DNA of 64,000 bases from a virus. Each line of letters opens with the position of its first letter. Position 1 is the stretch's first letter. The notes under the pieces were generated by a model. The model made no database searches and was not told the DNA's origin. It worked only from the letters and a program-made list of their open reading frames with translations. The stretch covers positions 1-64,000 of IMG/VR virus record IMGVR_UViG_3300023296_000646; one strand, 5' to 3'. This document shows positions 47,526 through 55,686 of the stretch, one piece after another. The translations under genes and the position numbers were made by a program.

Positions 47526-50500
47526 TGTAACTAAATCCATCTTCCTTTTTTATCTCAATTAATTTATCTACCACATCTCTCATAACATCTAAGTGGGATA
47601 TTACGATTACAAATTCGAACTGACTTCTTAGATATTCAAACATCGTAAACATTGATGTAAGATTTTCTGAATCTAAATTTCCAAATCCTTCATCAACTAC
47701 TAGGAAGTTTGACCTAGGTAAGCTACACACATTCATTGTAGCCACTCTCATACACAAATCAATAATGAACTGTTCCATTCCACTAGATAGTTCCACTAGC
47801 CAACTTGATCCATCTTCATTGATTTTACCAACAATATCCTTTCCGTCAACCTCTAATGATATTGTAAATTCTTGGGTTTGTCCTAATATGTTGTTTACTT
47901 CGTTTTCAATTGCAGGAAGAGTTTTAGCAATCAGCTCAGATGGAATTCCGTCTCGCTTAGTTGCAGTTAAATAATATTCGTAAACTGCATATTCATTTTC
48001 TAATTCTCTAAGCTGCTCAATTTGTTCTAACGTAGATTCAATTCTAGTTTCTAATGCTCGCAGATTACCAATTGCAGAAGTGTGAACTCTATATTTAGAA
48101 TCATATGTTTCAGATAATGCTGAAAGTTCTTTGTTCAATAACGAAAGTTCAAGTTCAATTTTTGTATTTTTATCAATTTGATCTTTATTATCCTTGAATC
48201 TTTGTATGTTTTCAGCTATAGGTAATAATCTATTTTGTCTATTTTGAATTTCACCACTTAGTCTAGCAACCCTATTTTCTGATTCTGATTTCGCTAATTC
48301 TAGTTTTGATACTTCACGAACTAATCTAATTGCGTTTGTGTACTCTACATAAATTGTGTTATCAACATTCAATTCTGACATTTCCTTATTGATAATTCTA
48401 GCAGATTCAATTAGCGACTTCATATTTGATTTGTCGTTAGATATTTCTTCCTCTAATTGAGATACTAATTTAATATGACCTTTTGCGTTGAAAACGCAAA
48501 ATCCACAATCTTCATCATAGTCGTATTCATCCTTTACTGAAGACAATCTTGCCTTTTTAGAAATGATAGCAGTTTTTAATTCAACTGCCTTTCCCTTTAT
48601 TGTTCTAACCTTAGTTGATAATTCCTCATTTCTATCATGTCTAAACGTAATTTCATCTACATCAACTTTATCTAATTTTTTAGATTTCCTTTTGAATTGT
48701 TTTGTATGTTCAGATAGTTTAGAATTTAATCCTTCTAAATCTATTTCAAGTTTAGATATTTCATATTCAAATGTAGCTAGCGTATCTTCTAATTTTTCTA
48801 AATCATTTCCATGTACATCTACCTTTACCATTGATGCTTCCTTAGTAGAAATTTTATCTCTAAGTTTTATGACATCCTTTTCAATTGCTTTAACTTCTAC
48901 CTTAGTGGTATCAAACTCTGATTGAACACCGTCTAACTCTTCATCCAACTCAGTTAAAATTTCATCATGATCTACCTTCTTAAGCAATTTTACTTGAGCA
49001 GCTCGTTCTTTAGTATCTGTAGAAGCTAATTTATTAAGTCTATCATAAATGCCAATTCCCATAAACTGAGACAAGAGATCTTTACGCTGAGACTGTTTCT
49101 TTTTAATAAATGTAGAATTATTACCCTGAAGTGATATTGTTGTTGCTATGAAATCATCATACGTTCCAATATGGTTTCGTATGTTAGCATTGGTACCATT
49201 TCTATCAGCTCCATTTAGAGGAATTCTAACCCCATCTTCCAACTTATAAAAACTCACAGGAACCCGTAACGATTTTGCACCTTGAGTTGCTACCCTTTCA
49301 ATAACATATTCAGTATCTGCAATTTGAAATTTAAATTCACATTCAAATCCATCAGATTTTCTGTTTTTAATATGATCTGCTTTAAATGTCTTAGATGATT
49401 TATCAAACAGACAAAATAACATCACATCCAATACAGATGATTTACCACTTCTATTTGGCGCAAACAGTCCATATAATCCAGCTAAATCCGTAAACTCTAA
49501 TGAATTTCCAAGACCATATGAAAACATATTATCGAATTTTAACGATATCGGTTTCCATACAACATTTCGAATAATCTCTTCTTCTGAAAGTCTACTATTT
49601 AAATCTGCGTTAATTTTAGCAATCTCAGAAACGGTATCCATATCTAATGAAAATTTTCTATCCAAATAATCTTTTAGTAACTCTAGCTGATATTCCACGT
49701 TAGTAACATCTCCGAATGTCAATGTGTTATCAGTTTTACCGTCTCTAGAAAATACGTCTAGCCTATTTATCGTATATGACTTTATGTTATGCTTCTTTCG
49801 AAATTCAACTAACGCTAATTTTAAATCTGCAGATGTTGTGTTTTGAACTTGAATCCTAAGTCTAGGATTCTTAGGCATATCGTCTACATTTGGAATTACA
49901 CCATTATTAATTTCTAACGTATAATACCCATAGTCGTTTACAATATCTTGAAAATCTGCATCTTCTAATTTGCCATCTGTAAAGTTCCATTGCATAAATC
50001 CATGGCCATCTAATGCCTCACCATGATTTTGCTGAACTAGAGATCCTGCATATGCAATTAGTGGGTTATCTGATTCTGGAATAATTTGACGCTTATGAAT
50101 ATCTCCACATAAAACTAGTGGACATCCTTCAAATGTTTCCGGAGTTGTATCCGTATCATATAATACGAATCCGGTATCCGTTTCAGATGCATCTACTGGA
50201 CCATGAAATAATCCTATATTATATCTACCGTCGTCTGGGGGCGTTGGCCAATCCTTTGGATCTTCAAAAATGCCATAATGAACCAAATTGATATCTGCTA
50301 ACCTATATACTCCTGAATCCTTCAAATAATGAATATTTGGATTATTCATGTTATCAATTATGGGAGATAGCGCATCTAGTCGATTGGCGTTATTTTGATT
50401 GCAATCATGGTTGCCTGGTATTAATACAGTTGGGTATCTACTTGAACATTCAGATAAAAAATTAGAGATCATCTGGATCAATTCTGGTGACATCTCAGTT

Positions 50501-50697
50501 TTTGCGTGAGCAATATCACCAGCTATATAAATAATTGACTTTTTAGACGCCCGTTCTGGCTGATCAATCTCTTCTAGAAAGTTTTTAAATACTTGCCTAT
50601 ATTCTTCATGTCTCTTAACATTTCGAATATGTAAATCTGCTATGTGAAAAATTCTGTGTAGTTTCTTAAATCCTACATCAATGGTTTCATAATTCAT
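47512..50697 (-). CDS. Fused Mre11/SbcD nuclease - Rad50/SbcC ATPase (gp47-gp46-like)
   Basis: ADLH, AGD, GNHD, FHG, GDIH, then NRSGKSS, coiled coil with CGFC hook, LSSGME, VVDEGFGNLD, ISH. Confidence 0.93.
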   Translation of the reverse strand: MNYETIDVGFKKLHRIFHIADLHIRNVKRHEEYRQVFKNFLEEIDQPERASKKSIIYIAGDIAHAKTEMSPELIQMISNFLSECSSRYPTVLIPGNHDCNQNNANRLDALSPIIDNMNNPNIHYLKDSGVYRLADINLVHYGIFEDPKDWPTPPDDGRYNIGLFHGPVDASETDTGFVLYDTDTTPETFEGCPLVLCGDIHKRQIIPESDNPLIAYAGSLVQQNHGEALDGHGFMQWNFTDGKLEDADFQDIVNDYGYYTLEINNGVIPNVDDMPKNPRLRIQVQNTTSADLKLALVEFRKKHNIKSYTINRLDVFSRDGKTDNTLTFGDVTNVEYQLELLKDYLDRKFSLDMDTVSEIAKINADLNSRLSEEEIIRNVVWKPISLKFDNMFSYGLGNSLEFTDLAGLYGLFAPNRSGKSSVLDVMLFCLFDKSSKTFKADHIKNRKSDGFECEFKFQIADTEYVIERVATQGAKSLRVPVSFYKLEDGVRIPLNGADRNGTNANIRNHIGTYDDFIATTISLQGNNSTFIKKKQSQRKDLLSQFMGIGIYDRLNKLASTDTKERAAQVKLLKKVDHDEILTELDEELDGVQSEFDTTKVEVKAIEKDVIKLRDKISTKEASMVKVDVHGNDLEKLEDTLATFEYEISKLEIDLEGLNSKLSEHTKQFKRKSKKLDKVDVDEITFRHDRNEELSTKVRTIKGKAVELKTAIISKKARLSSVKDEYDYDEDCGFCVFNAKGHIKLVSQLEEEISNDKSNMKSLIESARIINKEMSELNVDNTIYVEYTNAIRLVREVSKLELAKSESENRVARLSGEIQNRQNRLLPIAENIQRFKDNKDQIDKNTKIELELSLLNKELSALSETYDSKYRVHTSAIGNLRALETRIESTLEQIEQLRELENEYAVYEYYLTATKRDGIPSELIAKTLPAIENEVNNILGQTQEFTISLEVDGKDIVGKINEDGSSWLVELSSGMEQFIIDLCMRVATMNVCSLPRSNFLVVDEGFGNLDSENLTSMFTMFEYLRSQFEFVIVISHLDVMRDVVDKLIEIKKEDGFSYINYP

Positions 50698-51622
50698 ATG
50701 CTATACGTTGCTTCAATAATGTTTCAAATCCCATTTCAATTGAGTCAGTCTCTAATATTCCGCTGAATCCCAATTCACTTGGATCCTTTCCCTGAATATC
50801 TAACAGTCTTACACTTATGCCCTGACTCATGTATTTCTTTGCTATCTTTAGAGCATCTGCTCTTCCATCTAAATCTAGCGCTATGTTTATTCTAGAAACC
50901 CTATTACCCATAATTTTACTATGAAGGGAGTTAGATATAAATTTACCCAATAGCGGAATTGCATTGGACTTAATTGCCAACGCATCAAACACGCCTTCTA
51001 CTAATGTAATGGGCTCATTCCAATTTATATGGAGATCAAATAGAATTGTATCTCGTTCTGCTGGTGGATTTTTGTATGCAATAGGATCATCTTTGTAATA
51101 TGCCCTTGCTACAAAATAATTTAAACTAGCAGAATCATCGTACGACGGAACTATCAATCTATTTGAATATCTTCCTTCTGCACAATAACCAATGTTATGT
51201 TTAATAACATCTTCTCTAGTTATTCCTCTTAACTTTGCATAATGTAATGCATTTCTAAATTCTATTGAGTCTTCAAATTTGAGTAGAGATTTAAATTCCT
51301 TTGGAAGACGAAGGATTGGAATTTCCTTATCGTTCTTATCCTTCTTTCTATACGTTATGTATTCAGGATCTCTAGTTAAATCGGATACTAGTTTTATCGT
51401 ATGAGAATCTGCATTTGCCTTCTTAACCAATGAGTATAAACTCTTTCCTCTAGAATTACATACCCAACAATGCCATACTCCTCTATCAATAGAGACCTGC
51501 AATTTCAACTTTCTATGGTTACAAAACGGACATTTAAAGGATTCTTCGTTATCTGCTTTACTGTGTCTGCTAGGACCTAATACAGAATTTAGAATTCTTA
51601 ATAACTCACTTACGTTTCTCAT
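50687..51622 (-). CDS. DNA primase (Zn finger plus Toprim)
   Basis: CPFC...WHCWVC, LVEGVFDA, ALDLDG, KDPSE. Confidence 0.88.
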   Translation of the reverse strand: MRNVSELLRILNSVLGPSRHSKADNEESFKCPFCNHRKLKLQVSIDRGVWHCWVCNSRGKSLYSLVKKANADSHTIKLVSDLTRDPEYITYRKKDKNDKEIPILRLPKEFKSLLKFEDSIEFRNALHYAKLRGITREDVIKHNIGYCAEGRYSNRLIVPSYDDSASLNYFVARAYYKDDPIAYKNPPAERDTILFDLHINWNEPITLVEGVFDALAIKSNAIPLLGKFISNSLHSKIMGNRVSRINIALDLDGRADALKIAKKYMSQGISVRLLDIQGKDPSELGFSGILETDSIEMGFETLLKQRIAYEL

Positions 51623-52025
51623 TTATCCAATCGATCGGAATTGTTCCTTGAGCCCATTGAAAACCGTTCTTCTCAGCCCACATTGCGTAAGTAGTTTTGC
51701 TACTCTTGCTTATTGTGTTTTTTGCTCTTTGGAAGACGAATCTTATATCTTTAGTTGGGTTTTGTTCCCTAACTAAAATCATTTTTTTACGATCTGCTGC
51801 CTTTAATCGACCCTTTGCTTCTATAACAATACCATTTGGAAGAATGAAATCTGGTGTATATGTGTGTGGTATTGCAGGAGTTATGTACGCTAACTTAATA
51901 GTTTCGTATTCAATTGGAATTCGAATAACTTTTAAATTTTCTGCAATTGTACGTTCAAAATTACTACGGTACGGATCCGTCTTTACCCTTTTTGATCTTT
52001 TAAAAGCCAAATGAAATTCCACCAC
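51606..52025 (-). CDS. T7 endonuclease I-like Holliday junction resolvase
   Basis: YRSNFE, YE, YTPDFILPNGIVIEAKG, DRKKM, DIRFVFQ, YAMWAEKNGF. Confidence 0.9.
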   Translation of the reverse strand: MVEFHLAFKRSKRVKTDPYRSNFERTIAENLKVIRIPIEYETIKLAYITPAIPHTYTPDFILPNGIVIEAKGRLKAADRKKMILVREQNPTKDIRFVFQRAKNTISKSSKTTYAMWAEKNGFQWAQGTIPIDWINEKRK

Positions 52026-52233
52026 CTAAAGATCCACGATTGTTACGTGCTCTTAAATTTAATGTTGCCCTACCTCTTGATCTTCTGCCTCCACTACTAA
52101 ACGCAGATAGTCTAATATTGGCACTAGATCCTCTACCTCTTCTAGAAAGACTTGTACGAATAGATCCATTTCTGCTTCTTGAAGAAAATGTTCCACTTAT
52201 ACTTAATCGCGTTCTGCGTCTTCTGTGTGACAT
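52000..52233 (-). CDS. 77-aa Arg/Ser/Gly-rich basic protein
   Basis: 19 Arg and no D, E or K; upstream TAGAGAACACTA also precedes the neighbouring gene. Confidence 0.6.
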   Translation of the reverse strand: MSHRRRRTRLSISGTFSSRSRNGSIRTSLSRRGRGSSANIRLSAFSSGGRRSRGRATLNLRARNNRGSLGGGISFGF

Positions 52234-52245
52234 TAGTGTTCTCTA

Positions 52246-52542
52246 TTAGTATGTATCTCTAATCAAATCAAGGAATGTTTGCCCTGCGTTTGATTCTTTA
52301 AATTTGACGCCGTCCTTTAATACGATTTCATAAGTAACCGATATTCCAACTCCTTCACGACCTTGTCTATAAAAATTAGATTTTAAAATTTTAACTTTAC
52401 CACCCTTTCCGGTAGGGTATGTTTTGCCAACTTCATATTGATCGTATCCTGCATCTTTAGCTTCTGAAAGATTATTGCGCTTAAATTTGGCACTTTCATT
52501 TAAATCATTCATTAGCGTTCTTAATTTCATTGCATCTGTCAT
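52246..52542 (-). CDS. Putative capsid-internal protein, leader type B
   Basis: MTDAMKLRTLMNDLNES...LSEAK. Confidence 0.6.
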   Translation of the reverse strand: MTDAMKLRTLMNDLNESAKFKRNNLSEAKDAGYDQYEVGKTYPTGKGGKVKILKSNFYRQGREGVGISVTYEIVLKDGVKFKESNAGQTFLDLIRDTY

Positions 52543-52550
52543 AGTGTTCT

Positions 52551-52820
52551 CTAGTATAATTTACCGTATATGCCACGGATTTCACTTTCAACTTTTTTCG
52601 CTTGTGCTATTGCCGCAATGAGAGCCTTTTCTGATTTAGAATTGCCGTCTCCATAATCATCTTCAATACCGCTTATTAATTTTGTAAGTAAACTAATTTG
52701 TGTTTCTACAAGACTTTTAAATCTTTTTAGATTTGCAGAACCTTTTGCTTCGTCTAATGTAGGCTTAACGCTTTCATTTAAACCATCCATTAATTTTCGC
52801 ATTTTATGTGCATCTGTCAT
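52551..52820 (-). CDS. Putative capsid-internal protein, leader type B
   Basis: MTDAHKMRKLMDGLNES...LDEAK with a helical payload. Confidence 0.6.
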   Translation of the reverse strand: MTDAHKMRKLMDGLNESVKPTLDEAKGSANLKRFKSLVETQISLLTKLISGIEDDYGDGNSKSEKALIAAIAQAKKVESEIRGIYGKLY

Positions 52821-52837
52821 ATTGTTCTCCTATTTCT

Positions 52838-52846
52838 TATAAATAT
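52838..52846 (-). promoter_or_regulatory. Candidate late promoter ATATTTATA
   Basis: About 18 nt upstream of ATG 52820, which has an AGGAG RBS. Confidence 0.6.
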
Positions 52847-52849
52847 ACG

Positions 52850-53767
52850 TTAGGTGTCAAACCTGATAATAAAGTTGATTGGATAATCTGGCAATGATTT
52901 TACAGGTTTTGCCAACTTAGCAACTGCTACACAATTTAGATCATCGTCATAGAATGCCAGATTAGTAATGTATGGCGCTAAATATGATCCAGTAGGATCT
53001 ACTGAAGATGAATATTCATAATCACCAAACCCACCACCCATTGAACTGCTAAATGATGACGTAAAATTCTTATCGTAATAAACTTCACCTTCTCCTGGAA
53101 TATCATGGTATCCAGTCTTTCGTATGTAACCATAAAATGAAGATCCAGTATCATCGCTGATATATGACGTTGGATTTTGAGATACATTGAATTCTCCTTC
53201 ACCAATTTCTACAAATATTTCGTTTTCATAAATAGTAGTAGTGCTTCTAAAATCCAATGTAAAATCTGCGGCAAATGATTCTGAATAGAATGACGATGTG
53301 CTAGTTGCAATAATTATTCCATGTGGATATATTACGTTTCCCAATTGAACAGACTGAGTTGCATTGTCTACTAAATTTCCCTTTCCATCGTCTATATACG
53401 TTCGTCCAGTTGTATCGTCTGTAATAGATACAGATCCTGAAAGAATCTCTTCACCAAAATACCTAGTAGGAATGCTAATGACGTTACAGTGAGTATTGAT
53501 CACCCTAATATTATCTTCAAATTGCCCCTTCATACCAACCATCTTTATGGGCGTTTGGTTTTGATAGTACATTTGATTGATCTGATTATAAATCGATCGC
53601 TTAGGAACTAAATTACTAGTTGCTTCAGAAGCTGAGATAAAATTACTTCCAGTTATCTGTTCACCCCTGTAAACTAATATACCGTCCGACGCTTGGTCTA
53701 ATGACCATAATTTGTACGCCTTAAACGGTCGTACATTATAATGCTTTGGATCTATAGTTTTGAACAT
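52850..53767 (-). CDS. Baseplate/tail structural protein
   Basis: C-terminal YITNLAFYDD..NCVAVAKL.KP domain paralogous to the upstream gene. Confidence 0.6.
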   Translation of the reverse strand: MFKTIDPKHYNVRPFKAYKLWSLDQASDGILVYRGEQITGSNFISASEATSNLVPKRSIYNQINQMYYQNQTPIKMVGMKGQFEDNIRVINTHCNVISIPTRYFGEEILSGSVSITDDTTGRTYIDDGKGNLVDNATQSVQLGNVIYPHGIIIATSTSSFYSESFAADFTLDFRSTTTIYENEIFVEIGEGEFNVSQNPTSYISDDTGSSFYGYIRKTGYHDIPGEGEVYYDKNFTSSFSSSMGGGFGDYEYSSSVDPTGSYLAPYITNLAFYDDDLNCVAVAKLAKPVKSLPDYPINFIIRFDT

Positions 53768-53776
53768 ATCTCATTC

Positions 53777-54970
53777 TTAAAAGTCGAGTTTTACTCTAAC
53801 ACTTAATTCACGATCAAACGATTTCTTATTTGGCTGAGATAGTTTAGCTACTGCTAAACATTCATTGGCTTCATTATATAATCCAATTGTTGTTGGGAAT
53901 GTTTTAGGATCTCCCTCAAATGTAGTATTCCTAAATTTACCAACTGAGCCTGTTATGAATGTTGGATTGTTAGAGAAATTAAACTCTCTATTGTTCAATC
54001 TTACGAAATAGTGGTTTGATGTAATATTTTCTGTAGATCTTGCTTGGAAATCGTTACCGTCATCTATAGCAACAAGAAGCTTTCGCTGATTATATTGATA
54101 TGCTGAAAGAGATTTGTTTGGAGTTAGCGTTGTACCTAGTGATGATGATAGTGCGCTTGGATTAAGAATGAATATTCCTGCGTCAGGATACATAAGTCCA
54201 AATCCTTGTCCGTTCGATGCAGATGTTGCGTATACAGATGAACTAACTTGTCCAAGTTGAAGAGCTCCAGATGCAATATTAAATATTCTACCAGCCTTTC
54301 CAACATTATCTGTAATTTTCTTACCACTATCATCAATTAGTGTAATTGTAGATCCACCTGCAGTTAGTGTCAATGACCAGTTACCTGGATCTATTTTTTC
54401 TTTAAATCTGTTTCTAGCAACGTTGATCACGTAAATATCATCTATATCAGCAGTACCTGCAGCGGATCCAGTTACAACAGTAAATTTAGTATCGTTTGGT
54501 TCTAACAAAAGATTTTTATATTGATTGTAAGTTGCCCTTGTTGCAAGGTTAGATGTATCCAATTGTTCTAACGATGGAGCCCCTGCCCCAGATACGTGAC
54601 CGTATGCGATAGAGAATTGAATTTCAGAACTTGTAGAAGATGTTGCAGCATTGTAGACATCTACATAATACTTGCCACTATCTAAAACAGTATCTTGATT
54701 TGAACTTGTGAAGAATGTTGTAAGACTTCCAGTATTTCCTGCCCACAATCCAGTGGTAACAACTTCGTTTTTACCAAGAACCATTTCATTTGGTCCTAAT
54801 CGCTTATAAATACCGTCAGTTATCCCAGTATCTACGGTAGTCACTCTACTTTCTGCTGGGAGAAATGCATTAAGTACGGATACAATATTATTTGTATCCA
54901 GCGCATTTCCTGAACTATTAATAAGTTCTTGAAGCTGTCTTGCTAATTGTCCTGTTGGTTCTATTGGCAT
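53777..54970 (-). CDS. Baseplate/tail structural protein
   Basis: EFNFSNNPTF...TTIGLYNE.NECLAVAKLSQP, a tail-collar-like C-terminus. Confidence 0.6.
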   Translation of the reverse strand: MPIEPTGQLARQLQELINSSGNALDTNNIVSVLNAFLPAESRVTTVDTGITDGIYKRLGPNEMVLGKNEVVTTGLWAGNTGSLTTFFTSSNQDTVLDSGKYYVDVYNAATSSTSSEIQFSIAYGHVSGAGAPSLEQLDTSNLATRATYNQYKNLLLEPNDTKFTVVTGSAAGTADIDDIYVINVARNRFKEKIDPGNWSLTLTAGGSTITLIDDSGKKITDNVGKAGRIFNIASGALQLGQVSSSVYATSASNGQGFGLMYPDAGIFILNPSALSSSLGTTLTPNKSLSAYQYNQRKLLVAIDDGNDFQARSTENITSNHYFVRLNNREFNFSNNPTFITGSVGKFRNTTFEGDPKTFPTTIGLYNEANECLAVAKLSQPNKKSFDRELSVRVKLDF

Positions 54971-54988
54971 TTTCTATTCTCTATAATT

Positions 54989-55621
54989 TTAAGTAGATGT
55001 AGGTGCGGTTATTGTTACTGGGATTACTACAGTTCCACCAGTTTCATTTCCTACAATAGTAATCTTAGTAGTAATGTCTGTCGTAATTTGTGAATTAGGA
55101 ACAAATTCAAATGTTATTCCACTTGCAACTTGAGCAGTAGCTGCAGTAGCATCTCCTAGATAAAATGGTACAGAACCAACTTTAACGTTTTCCAATCCAA
55201 ACGCCAACACTTCCCCAGCTCGTCTGTTATGCAGAATTGCTGTATATCCTAATCTAGAATTTCCACCACCATCTGTAGATGGAGAAACTGCAACAACTCC
55301 TTGGTTGTATGCGCTAGATATGGATGGAATACCTGCAACTACTTGAGGAATTCTTGTTACTGTTTTTGGCAGAGTAACTAATTTGTATCTCATAACTTGA
55401 GTTTCATCAGGAGTTGCCTCTGTTACCGGTAATGATGTAATTGCATCATCATAGTATGCAGATCCCAATGGATGAGCGGCGTCATATAGGCCGTAATCAA
55501 TCTCATCATCAGCTGCTGCGAATTTAGTTACATTAAGTCCATTACCTGAAGAGAGTATTTGTCTACCCTTTTTAGTTAAAATCGCTTGAACTGTAATGGT
55601 TGTATTATTCAAATATGCCAT
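54989..55621 (-). CDS. Baseplate/tail-collar-like structural protein
   Basis: AILTKKGRQIL...TKFA..DDEIDY. Confidence 0.55.
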   Translation of the reverse strand: MAYLNNTTITVQAILTKKGRQILSSGNGLNVTKFAAADDEIDYGLYDAAHPLGSAYYDDAITSLPVTEATPDETQVMRYKLVTLPKTVTRIPQVVAGIPSISSAYNQGVVAVSPSTDGGGNSRLGYTAILHNRRAGEVLAFGLENVKVGSVPFYLGDATAATAQVASGITFEFVPNSQITTDITTKITIVGNETGGTVVIPVTITAPTST

Positions 55622-55657
55622 ATGTGTTGCTCTAATTTATTTGCTCTACTATCTGTG

Positions 55658-55666
55658 TATAAGTAT
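55658..55666 (-). promoter_or_regulatory. Candidate late promoter ATACTTATA
   Basis: About 37 nt upstream of ATG 55621. Confidence 0.55.
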
Positions 55667-55686
55667 GTCTTTATCTTCGTTTTTTA

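Noticed and set aside
3145-52846. Canonical T4 late promoters TATAAATA on the plus strand
   Set aside because: In that orientation most copies would point away from the adjacent gene start and into the 3' ends of minus-strand genes; the flipped copy at 47325 supports the opposite reading.
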